Assembly: GCA_965248355.1 (NCBI GenBank)
Contig: OZ252098.1
Location: 907,099 to 971,098 of the forward strand
Direction of reading: 5' to 3'
Length of the DNA stretch: 64,000 nucleotides
DNA from: Candidatus Latescibacterota bacterium
Lineage (GTDB): Bacteria; Latescibacterota; UBA2968; UBA8231
Made by a program: the position numbers and the translations under genes. Shown one piece after another: positions 55,660 through 63,821 of the stretch (position 1 is its first letter; the number at the start of each line of letters is the position of its first letter). The notes under the pieces were generated by a model. It did not search any database. It worked only from the letters and a program-made list of their open reading frames with translations, and was not told the origin of the DNA.

Positions 55660-56559
55660 ATGATCCCCCTGATCAGCAGTCTGTGCTGCGGCCCCATGGA
55701 GATCTGTCAGCTCCCCCGGCTGTGGTGGAAGGCCTCGTTGAAGGCCGCCGGCCGTCTGGCCGAGGACTATCCGGAGTGCACTCACGTCCTGGACAGCATG
55801 GTCCTCGAGCGGCTCGGCCTCGATCGCCAAGCAACCCTCGAGCATATCCACTCGGCCCGGCCCGACTATCTGGCCTTCGAGGCCTGGGTCCGCGAGCAGA
55901 CAGGGGGTGAACCCTCCCGGGAACTGGGCGAGGAGTGGAACGGCTTGATCCGCTCCCGGGTGCACGAGCAGTGGAAGATCGACGACATCTACTCGACACT
56001 GGGCTTCGACGGATCTGAGGGCATCACTTCAGCCGTGGTCCTCAACCACTTGGAGGACTGGCACTTCTGGCATTCCCGCGATCTGGGAGATCCGGGGCTG
56101 GCCGCCTGGGCCGGACGCACCGTGCCCCTGGTGGCAACACTCGACTACGGTCCTCTGGGTGTCTGCCAGCTGCCGCGCACCTGGCACAAGATCCTGCTGC
56201 AGGCGGCGGGCCTTCTGCACGCCGAATACCCGGGGCTGGGCGGCGGCCTCGACCGGAGGGTCGTGGTGGACGTGCTCGGTCTCGACGCCGGCCGGGTCGT
56301 CGAGCACCTGACCTTGGAAAGACCCCGCTATCTAGAATTCGAAGGCTGGGTGCGGGAACAGCTGGGAGGGCGCGACGTGAGCGGTCCGGTGGGGGAGTGG
56401 AACGAGTTCGTGAGCAACCGGGTCCACCAGGCCGACAAGCGGGCCGACATCCACGACAACCTCGGACGTCCCGACGACGGCTCGCTCCCGGCTTCGGCCG
56501 CAGTCCTCAACCACTTGGAGGACTGGCACCTGGCCCACGGCATCTTGTGGGCTGGTTGA
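55660..56559 (+). CDS. tandem-duplicated DUF5069-like protein, function unknown
   Basis: Two ~150-aa repeats: CQLPRLWWKASLKAAGRLAEDYPEC...VLNHLEDWH and CQLPRTWHKILLQAAGLLHAEYPGL...VLNHLEDWH. The pattern resembles the DUF5069 family as I recall it. Confidence 0.75.
   Translation: MIPLISSLCCGPMEICQLPRLWWKASLKAAGRLAEDYPECTHVLDSMVLERLGLDRQATLEHIHSARPDYLAFEAWVREQTGGEPSRELGEEWNGLIRSRVHEQWKIDDIYSTLGFDGSEGITSAVVLNHLEDWHFWHSRDLGDPGLAAWAGRTVPLVATLDYGPLGVCQLPRTWHKILLQAAGLLHAEYPGLGGGLDRRVVVDVLGLDAGRVVEHLTLERPRYLEFEGWVREQLGGRDVSGPVGEWNEFVSNRVHQADKRADIHDNLGRPDDGSLPASAAVLNHLEDWHLAHGILWAG
56038..56064 (+). repeat. 27-nt exact intragenic repeat, copy 1
   Basis: gtcctcaaccacttggaggactggcac (encodes VLNHLEDWH), identical to 56503..56529. 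Confidence 0.95.
56503..56529 (+). repeat. 27-nt exact intragenic repeat, copy 2
   Basis: Identical 27-mer 465 nt (155 codons) downstream of copy 1, in the same reading frame. Confidence 0.95.
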
Positions 56560-56582
56560 TACGGCTGGCGCCCGGAGGACGA

Positions 56583-58145
56583 TCAGGGCTGGAAGACGAG
56601 GGCCCGCCCGGGCAGGGGCTCGCCCAGATCGGAGACCGCCACCCCGGCGTCGATGACGGGCGTGCCGTTGACGAGGACGTAGTCGATGCCCGCGGGCAGC
56701 TGTCGGGGGTCGTCGTAGGTGGCCCGGTCGGCCACCTCATCGGCGTCGAACACGACCAGATCGGCGAACCAGCCCTCCCGGACCTGCCCGCGCTCGGCAC
56801 ACCCGAAACGCCGGGCCGGCCGGTCGCTGAGCTTGGCCACCGCCTCCTCGAGGCTGAACAGGCCCTGGTCGCGCACGCAGGGTCCGAGCACGCGAGGCGC
56901 CGACCCGTACATCCTCGGGTGCACCTGGCCGTCGGGGAAGTAGATGCCGTCGGTGCCCATGACGTAGCAGTCGTGGGCGAGGAAGGGCGCGATCAGCTCG
57001 TCCTCGCCGTGGTGGAAGACCAGGAGCACGGCCAGGTTCTCCTCGATCAGCAGGTCGCACAGGGCGTCCTCGGGGGACTTGCCCACGTCGGCCACGTACT
57101 CGGACAGCAGCCGGCCGATGTAGCGCTGGTTGTCCCGTGAGGGGAGCCAGGCGATGTGCATGTTCTCCAGCCGGGTCCGGGACAGGTCCCGGGCGAACTC
57201 GCGGCGCAGCCTGCGGTGGCTCAGCTTGCCCAGCACCTGAAGGGAGCCCTCCTCCCACACCTCGTGGGGCAGGAGGAAGTTGAGCATCGTCGACCCGGGC
57301 AGGTAGGGGTAGACGTCGAAGGAGAAGCTCACCTCCTGGCGGGCGGTGCCGTCGACATACTCCAGCAGTTCCTCGATCTGCTCGGGCGTCGTGGCCTTCA
57401 GGTGGGAGATGTGGACGGGCACCCCGGCGCGGCGCCCGATCTCCACCGCCTCGGCCACCCCCTCCAGGGTCCCCTTCCGGTAGCGCACGTGGCTCACGTA
57501 GAGCCCGTGGGGAGCCATGGGCTCGCAGACTTCGGCGAGCTCGTCCACGGTGGCAAACCACTGGGGCATGTATTCGATACCCGTGGACAGGCCCACCGCT
57601 CCCTCCGCCATGCCCCGCTCCACAGCGGCCCGGATGCGCGTCATCTGGAAGTCGTCCGGCACCGCCCGGCTCCATCCGGCGGCCATGGCGCGCACGTTGC
57701 CGTACGGCAGGTGGGCGATGGCGTTCTGCGCGGTGCGCCGGTGCAGGCCGGCCATGTAGTCGCCCAGGGAGCGCCAGCCGTCGTACTCCTCGAAGAGCAG
57801 CCCGTTCAGGGCGCGCAGGTAGTGGATCCACTCCGGCGCCGTGTCCTCGTCGACGGGCGCGTAGGAGATCCCGTCGGCCATGATGACCTCGGTGGTGAAG
57901 CCCTGGGCGGTCTTCGGGACCAGGTGGGGGATCTTGCGCAGCCAGGCGTCCGAGTGGTTGTGGACGTCGACGAATCCGGGGGTCACGATGCGGTTCGAGG
58001 CATCGATCCGCCGGCCCGCCTCGGCGCTGGAGAGATCCTCGGCGACCGCCTCCACCCGCTCTCCGCGCAGGCCCACGTCGGCGCGCTTCCGCGGCGCCCC
58101 GGTGCCGTCGATGACGGTGCCGCCGGCGATGACGATATCGAACAT
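56583..58145 (-). CDS. D-aminoacylase (N-acyl-D-amino-acid deacylase family amidohydrolase)
   Basis: Start ATG at 58145 preceded by GGAGGTGAT. Motifs: FDIVIAGGTVIDGTG, PGFVDVHNHSD, HISHLK, DLVVFD. The 1052-aa ORF in the track is this gene plus a junk N-terminal extension. Confidence 0.9.
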   Translation of the reverse strand: MFDIVIAGGTVIDGTGAPRKRADVGLRGERVEAVAEDLSSAEAGRRIDASNRIVTPGFVDVHNHSDAWLRKIPHLVPKTAQGFTTEVIMADGISYAPVDEDTAPEWIHYLRALNGLLFEEYDGWRSLGDYMAGLHRRTAQNAIAHLPYGNVRAMAAGWSRAVPDDFQMTRIRAAVERGMAEGAVGLSTGIEYMPQWFATVDELAEVCEPMAPHGLYVSHVRYRKGTLEGVAEAVEIGRRAGVPVHISHLKATTPEQIEELLEYVDGTARQEVSFSFDVYPYLPGSTMLNFLLPHEVWEEGSLQVLGKLSHRRLRREFARDLSRTRLENMHIAWLPSRDNQRYIGRLLSEYVADVGKSPEDALCDLLIEENLAVLLVFHHGEDELIAPFLAHDCYVMGTDGIYFPDGQVHPRMYGSAPRVLGPCVRDQGLFSLEEAVAKLSDRPARRFGCAERGQVREGWFADLVVFDADEVADRATYDDPRQLPAGIDYVLVNGTPVIDAGVAVSDLGEPLPGRALVFQP

Positions 58146-59545
58146 CAGATCACCTCCACTTCCAGGTCGTCGAACCAGGAGGTGCCGGCGCCGTCCTGGC
58201 GCAGGACGATCTCCACGGCGCTGACCTCCGGCGGGGAAGGTCCCCGGATCTCGACGGCCAGGCGGGTCCAGTCCCGGGTTCCCGTGAGACGCTCGGAGCA
58301 GACCAGGGGATAGCGCTCCGGGTGGTTGTAGATGATCCAGCGCAGGGCCAGGCAGGAGCCCCGGCCGGAGACGGATTCGGTGCGAACCCAGAGGGCGACC
58401 CGGAAGCCGGTGTTCTCCCGCCAGCGCTGGGTGAAGGCGCCCTCGCCCTCGCGGTCCATCGACCATTCGGTGACCCCGTCGGCCTCGCGGTGGATCTTCA
58501 GCGAGCAGTCGTCGCTGCGGCCGTGGTCCCGGCACCACTCGGCGCCGTCGCCGGCGGGCAGCCACGGCCAGGGATCGAGCTCGCCGGCGGGCCGGTCGAG
58601 TCGCAGGGGCTTCTCGAAGCTCGACCGGCGCTCGTACCGCGGCAGCTCGCGGAAGCCGGCGAACTCCACGGGGGGCACGGGCTCGGCTCGGCGGCGAAGC
58701 TCCGCCCCCTTGTCGTCCGGGCACAGGCGGATGCGGAAGCGCTCGCAGATCGGCTCGTACAGCTCCTCGGCCCGATAGCGGGAGCTCAGGTGGATGTCGT
58801 AGCCCCAGTTGCACACAGAGGCCGAGGTTCTCCCCGCGGTATCCCCGAGGAACTCGAAGGCCGGGTTGTGGCCGGGGTCCGCGGCCAGCACGAAGAGGCC
58901 GCCATCGCGGAAGGACCGTGGGCCGGGAATGCCGGTAGCCATGTGGTTGAGGGGCATCTGCCATACCGTGCCGTCGGCGGGCTCGGCGAGCAGGTGGGTA
59001 TAGCCGTGCGGGGTCCAGGCCCCCTCGAAGGCGACGGTGGGAGCGGGCACGTCGCAATACCAGGGGTCGCTGTACTCGAAGGAGACCCGCTCCACGCCGG
59101 GCCGGTGAAAGACCTCCGGGCTGTGCAGCTCCAGGTGGCAGGCGAAATCGTACACGTAGGAGCCCAGATCCTCGTCCCAGGTGATGGTGAGGACGCGGCG
59201 GGACGTGGCGACGCCGCCGGGGTCGGCGGTGGTCACGGCCAGGGTGAGGCGGTCGCTGCCGCGCCCGCCGACGGTGACCTCCTTCAGCTCGGTGGTGATG
59301 ATGTGGCCATCGAAGTTCCAGAACAGCTGCGTCCCGGCCACCAGGGCACGCCCGCCGGGAGAGAGAGTGAGATCGCGGAGCACGACGGGTCGGAGGTTGC
59401 GGTCGAAATAGCGCAGGTTCTGCTCCGGCTGCTCGACGACGGCCCGCTCGAGCCGGGCGATCGGTTCCCCACCGTCGCAGATCCATTCCTCCCCGGCCGT
59501 CACGCCGCCGCGGGTCACAAGGTCGAAGCGGCTCCGGTGGGCCAT
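58145..59545 (-). CDS. hypothetical protein (466 aa) with C-terminal jelly-roll/CBM-like region
   Basis: Well-balanced composition, unlike the overlapping frames. Its stop shares one base with the D-aminoacylase ATG (TGATG). The C-terminal part (WTRLAVEIRGP...VEIVLRQDGAGTSWFDDLEVEV) looks like a carbohydrate-binding-type beta sandwich. No signal peptide. Confidence 0.75.
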   Translation of the reverse strand: MAHRSRFDLVTRGGVTAGEEWICDGGEPIARLERAVVEQPEQNLRYFDRNLRPVVLRDLTLSPGGRALVAGTQLFWNFDGHIITTELKEVTVGGRGSDRLTLAVTTADPGGVATSRRVLTITWDEDLGSYVYDFACHLELHSPEVFHRPGVERVSFEYSDPWYCDVPAPTVAFEGAWTPHGYTHLLAEPADGTVWQMPLNHMATGIPGPRSFRDGGLFVLAADPGHNPAFEFLGDTAGRTSASVCNWGYDIHLSSRYRAEELYEPICERFRIRLCPDDKGAELRRRAEPVPPVEFAGFRELPRYERRSSFEKPLRLDRPAGELDPWPWLPAGDGAEWCRDHGRSDDCSLKIHREADGVTEWSMDREGEGAFTQRWRENTGFRVALWVRTESVSGRGSCLALRWIIYNHPERYPLVCSERLTGTRDWTRLAVEIRGPSPPEVSAVEIVLRQDGAGTSWFDDLEVEVI

Positions 59546-59703
59546 GGAAGATCCCTTTGAGTTCGGGTGGATGGCAGGCGTACGCGAACAAGGCCGGTCC
59601 CGTCGGGGCCGGTCTTTTGGGGAGGCCGCAAGATATCCTCGACTCAGCGGAGCGGCAACCGACTCGATTGACAGGACCGGCGCACCGGGTCTTCGTATAC
59701 GCC

Positions 59704-60534
59704 ATGACGATCATCGATCCCCATACCCACGTCTGGGTCAATGACCCGCGCTTTCCCTGGCCCGCCGAGAACCCCGCTCCGCCCGCCGAGGACCGGACGG
59801 CCGAGATGCTCCTCGAGGAGATGGCCGCCCACGGGGTGGAGAAGACGGTGCTGGTGCAGGTGATCCACTACCGGTGGGACAACCGCTACGTCGTCGATGT
59901 CATCGGGCGCTACCCGGACAGGTTCATGGCCGTGGGCCGGATCAACCCCGAGGACCCGGCGGCGGCGGACCATCTCAGCGAGTGGACGGAGCAGGGCCTC
60001 CACGGCGTGCGCCTGAGTCCGTCCGTCGACCCTTCGGGGGACTGGTTCGCCGACCCTGCGAAGATGAACCCCGTCTTCGCGCGGGCCGAGTCCCTCGGAG
60101 TGCCCCTGCTGCTGTTGACGCGGCCGCCGCGGCTGCGCGATCTGGTGCCCCTCCTCGACCGCCACCCGGATCTCGACCTCGTCATCGACCACATGGCCGA
60201 TGTCCATCCCGACGACGCCGAGGGACGCCGGCTCCTGACCGATCTCGCGAGATACCAACGGGTCTACGTGAAGATCAGCCACACCTGGTCGATCTCCGGA
60301 GAAGGCTTCCCGTGGGTCGACACCCACGGCCTGGTGGAGCAGGTCTACCAGAGCTTCGGGGCCCGGCGCATCATGTGGGGCACGGACTGGCCGGTCTGCC
60401 TGAGCAAGGCGGAGTACGGCCAGACCCTGTCCGTGGTCCGCGACCACATGAGCGCCTTCATCGCCCCCGAAGACATGGAGTGGGTCCTGGGCCGGACCGT
60501 CCTTCGGCTCTGGCCCTTCAAAGAAGGGGAGTGA
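59704..60534 (+). CDS. amidohydrolase_2 family metal-dependent hydrolase (sugar-lactonase-like)
   Basis: ATG 59704 within ORF 59557..60534. Motifs: IIDPHTHVW, VIDHMA and WGTDWP, typical of the COG3618-type TIM-barrel hydrolases. Confidence 0.87.
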   Translation: MTIIDPHTHVWVNDPRFPWPAENPAPPAEDRTAEMLLEEMAAHGVEKTVLVQVIHYRWDNRYVVDVIGRYPDRFMAVGRINPEDPAAADHLSEWTEQGLHGVRLSPSVDPSGDWFADPAKMNPVFARAESLGVPLLLLTRPPRLRDLVPLLDRHPDLDLVIDHMADVHPDDAEGRRLLTDLARYQRVYVKISHTWSISGEGFPWVDTHGLVEQVYQSFGARRIMWGTDWPVCLSKAEYGQTLSVVRDHMSAFIAPEDMEWVLGRTVLRLWPFKEGE

Positions 60535-60537
60535 CCC

Positions 60538-61407
60538 ATGCTGAAGATCGGCATGGTGGGCGCCGAGAACAGCCACACCCTGGCCATCGCCAAGGTGCTC
60601 AACGTCGACAAGCGGCTTCGGGGCGTGCGCGCCACCCACGTGTGGGGGGAGACGCGCCGCTACGCCCGGGAAGCGGCGGAGGCCGGCCAGATCCCGTGCA
60701 TCGTCACCCGTCCGGAGGAGATGATCGGCGAGGTCGACGCCATCGTGGTGGACCACCGCCACGGCAAGTTCCACCTGCTGGCGGCCCAACCCTTCCTCGA
60801 GACCCGGGTGCCCATGTTCATCGACAAGCCGTTCTGCTGCCGGCGGGCCGAAGGGCGGCGGTTCCTGGCCCGGGCTCGTGAGCTGGAAGTGCCGGTCTGC
60901 TCGTTCTCGACGCTGCCGAAGCAGCAGGCCTTCCGCGACCTGAAGCGGATCTCCGCCAAGCTGGGGCCGATTCACACCGTGGTCTCCACCGGCCCCTGCG
61001 ACATACGCTCGAAGTGGGGCGGAATCTTCTTCTACGGCATCCACCAGGTCGACTTGATCCTCCGGCTCGTGGGCTACGACTTCTACCGGGTGCAGATGGT
61101 CAAGGGGGCGGGCGCCAACCACAGCGCCAGCATTCTCTTCCGATCCGGTACGGTGGCGACCATGAACCTCATCGGCGAAGGCACCCCCGGTTTCCACCTC
61201 TCCGTGATCGGGGAGGGCGGGAGGGTGGATCAGCCGATCCCCATGGACGAGAGTCCGTACCTGACGGGAGTCCGCGACTTCGTGCGCATGTTCAAGACGG
61301 GGGAGACGGAGGAGACGGAGCAGACCATGCTCGGGCCCGTGGCCGCGCTCGAGTCGCTGGAGAAGTCGGTGGCCAAGCCCTTCGCACGCGTGGGGGCCGG
61401 GATCTGA
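60538..61407 (+). CDS. Gfo/Idh/MocA-like oxidoreductase (short form)
   Basis: MLKIGMVGAENSH Rossmann-like start and a DKP motif (MFIDKPF). 289 aa. Confidence 0.78.
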   Translation: MLKIGMVGAENSHTLAIAKVLNVDKRLRGVRATHVWGETRRYAREAAEAGQIPCIVTRPEEMIGEVDAIVVDHRHGKFHLLAAQPFLETRVPMFIDKPFCCRRAEGRRFLARARELEVPVCSFSTLPKQQAFRDLKRISAKLGPIHTVVSTGPCDIRSKWGGIFFYGIHQVDLILRLVGYDFYRVQMVKGAGANHSASILFRSGTVATMNLIGEGTPGFHLSVIGEGGRVDQPIPMDESPYLTGVRDFVRMFKTGETEETEQTMLGPVAALESLEKSVAKPFARVGAGI

Positions 61408-61420
61408 ACGGGAGCAAGGG

Positions 61421-62554
61421 ATGACGGACTGGCAGTTGAAATCCGAGCGGGAGACGCGCTACGACGCCGTCTCTCTCGGCGAGATCCTGATGCGCATCGA
61501 TCCCGGTGACGTGCCCACGGCGCGGGCCCGGACGGCGCGCATCTGGCACGGCGGGGGAGAGACCAACGTCACCGAGGGCCTGAGCTATTGCTTCGGTCTG
61601 CGCACCGCCGTGATCACCGCCCTCGTGGACGACGGCATCGGCCGCAACATCGAGAACCAGCTGCGCGAGGCGGGCATCGACACGGGCCACATCATCTGGT
61701 TCAGCACCTCGGGCAAGGGGGAGCACGCCACCGACGGCAAGGGCACGCTGCACAACGGCATCAACTTCACCTGGTCCGGCAAGGGGGTGCTGCCGTCGAT
61801 CACCGAATACTACCGGGCCCACACCCCGGTCCGCGAGATCGGCCCCGGCCACGTGGACTGGGACCATCTCTTCGGCGAGCTGGGCACGCGCTGGTTCAGC
61901 ACGGGCGGCATCTACACCCTGTTGTCGAAGAACACGGCCGCCCTGGCCCTGGAGGCGATGACCAGGGCGGGGGAGCACGGCGCCGGACGCTCCTTCGACC
62001 TCAACTACCGGTCGAAGGTGGAGCCGGACAAGGACCGGGCCCGCGAGATCAATCGCGGCATCGTGCCCCATGTCGACTTCCTCGTGGGCAACCAGGACGA
62101 CTTCGACGACGCCCTGGGGTACGAGACCGAGTCCGTCGACAAGCAGGCCCCCTTCGACGAATGGCTCGAGATCTATGCGGGGATGCTCCGGCGGGTATCG
62201 ACGGACTACCCGAATCTGAGGTTCATCGGCACCCAGTTGCGCGGAGCCCTGTCGGCGGACCGCATCCACTGGGGGGCCGTGCTCTACGAGGTCGCCACCG
62301 ACACCGTGCACCAGGCGGCGGTGCGGACGGACGTGGAGATCGCCGACCGTACCGGCGGGGGGGACTCCTTTGCCTCGGGTGTCATCGCGGCGCTGCTGAA
62401 GGGACGGGACCCGGCCGAGGCCGTGCAGTGGGGGGCCGCCCACGGCATCCTGGTGCAGGAGACGGTGGGCGACACCTCCATGGTCACTCAGTCGGACGTG
62501 GAGAAGGAGGTGGACCGGGCGCTGAAGGGCGGAGGCGTATCCGCTCTGCGCTGA
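61421..62554 (+). CDS. PfkB-family sugar kinase (2-keto-3-deoxy-sugar-acid kinase-like)
   Basis: DAVSLGEILMRIDP N-terminal motif. C-terminal DRTGGGDSFASGVIAAL (PfkB signature 2). Contains an insertion relative to classical KdgK. Confidence 0.87.
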   Translation: MTDWQLKSERETRYDAVSLGEILMRIDPGDVPTARARTARIWHGGGETNVTEGLSYCFGLRTAVITALVDDGIGRNIENQLREAGIDTGHIIWFSTSGKGEHATDGKGTLHNGINFTWSGKGVLPSITEYYRAHTPVREIGPGHVDWDHLFGELGTRWFSTGGIYTLLSKNTAALALEAMTRAGEHGAGRSFDLNYRSKVEPDKDRAREINRGIVPHVDFLVGNQDDFDDALGYETESVDKQAPFDEWLEIYAGMLRRVSTDYPNLRFIGTQLRGALSADRIHWGAVLYEVATDTVHQAAVRTDVEIADRTGGGDSFASGVIAALLKGRDPAEAVQWGAAHGILVQETVGDTSMVTQSDVEKEVDRALKGGGVSALR

Positions 62555-62597
62555 CCGCTGCCTGGCGCACTCACGGCCCGGACGGCCGCCGGGATCG

Positions 62598-63821
62598 ATG
62601 ACCGACCGGGGTTACGAAGGCTGGCGGCGCAACTTCTACACCCTCTGGGCGGCGGAGCTGACGGCCATCATCGGCTTTCAGGCGATGCAGCCCTTTCTGC
62701 CCTACTACATCCAGGAATTCGAAGTCGGCGACTTGTCCGAGGCCCTGGTCTGGGCGGGTCGCATGGGCACGTCGGCCGGCTTGGCCATGGCGGTTTCCGC
62801 GCCCGTCTGGGGTACCCTCGCCGATCGCTACGGGCGCAAGCCCATGGTCGTGCGCTCCATGCTTGGCGGCGGTCTCAGCGTCGTGCTCATGGCCTACGTG
62901 GCCAGCGTCGAGCTGCTCCTGCTGGCCCGGGTTCTCCAGGGGATCCTCGCCGGCACGGTCACGGCCTGCCTGACCCTGGTCTCCACTTCGACCCCCCGGG
63001 CCCATCTCGGCTTCGCCCTCGGCCTGATGCAGGGCGCCTTCATGCTCGGCGCCTCCGTGGGGCCCCTGGTCGGAGGGCCCATGATCCAGGTCTTCGGCTA
63101 CCGGTACTGCTTCCTCGTCTCGGGCGGCCTCGTCGTGCTGGCCGGGCTCTGCGTCCAACTCCAGGTGCGCGAGGACTTCCAACGTTCCCGGTCCGTAGAG
63201 AGTTCCTCGCGCTACCGCCTGCCCGGACGCGACATGGCGCGGCTTCTTTCCATACGTCCCTTCCTGGTGCTCGTGGCGACGGTCACCTCCATGTCCTTCG
63301 CCTTCGGCTTCATCATGCCCGTGGTGCCCCTCTTCCTGCAGAAACTGGCGGGCGGCCGGGACATCCTGTCCCTTGCCGGCCTGATCTTCGGCCTGGGTGG
63401 GCTGGTGGGGGCCTTGTCCTCGGCGGTCATGGGCCGATTCTCCGATCGTCTCGGCCCGCGCCGGGTGCTGGTGGGCGGTCTCTGGGCGGCGGGCGCCATC
63501 TACTTTGCCCAGGGATTCTCGACCACCGTATGGATGCTCGGGACGCTGGTCATCCTCAATGGCGTGGCCACCGGGTCGGTGCGGCCCGTGGCGAACTCGG
63601 TGCTGACGCGGATCATCGATGAACAGGACCGCGGCAAGGCCTTCGGGGTCATGTCCAGCCTGGCCGCCCTGGGCTGGGCCCTCGGCCCCCTGGCCGGCAG
63701 CCACCTGGGAGCGGAACTCGGGTTCCGGTCGGTCTTCTACGCGACCTCCGTGCTCTTTCTCATCGTCGGCGGCTGGGCCTGGTTGGCCATGGGCCGTGAC
63801 CGGAAAGGATGGAACCGATGA
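62598..63821 (+). CDS. MFS transporter
   Basis: 12 TM helices and the GTLADRYGRKPMV motif between TM2 and TM3. Confidence 0.9.
   Translation: MTDRGYEGWRRNFYTLWAAELTAIIGFQAMQPFLPYYIQEFEVGDLSEALVWAGRMGTSAGLAMAVSAPVWGTLADRYGRKPMVVRSMLGGGLSVVLMAYVASVELLLLARVLQGILAGTVTACLTLVSTSTPRAHLGFALGLMQGAFMLGASVGPLVGGPMIQVFGYRYCFLVSGGLVVLAGLCVQLQVREDFQRSRSVESSSRYRLPGRDMARLLSIRPFLVLVATVTSMSFAFGFIMPVVPLFLQKLAGGRDILSLAGLIFGLGGLVGALSSAVMGRFSDRLGPRRVLVGGLWAAGAIYFAQGFSTTVWMLGTLVILNGVATGSVRPVANSVLTRIIDEQDRGKAFGVMSSLAALGWALGPLAGSHLGAELGFRSVFYATSVLFLIVGGWAWLAMGRDRKGWNR

Noticed and set aside
58146-59741. N-terminal 532 aa of the 1052-aa ORF 56583..59741
   Set aside because: The extension is RPH-rich nonsense and overlaps the well-composed 466-aa gene in another frame. 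The D-aminoacylase clearly starts at ATG 58145 with a strong SD sequence and the canonical FDIVIAGG N-terminus.
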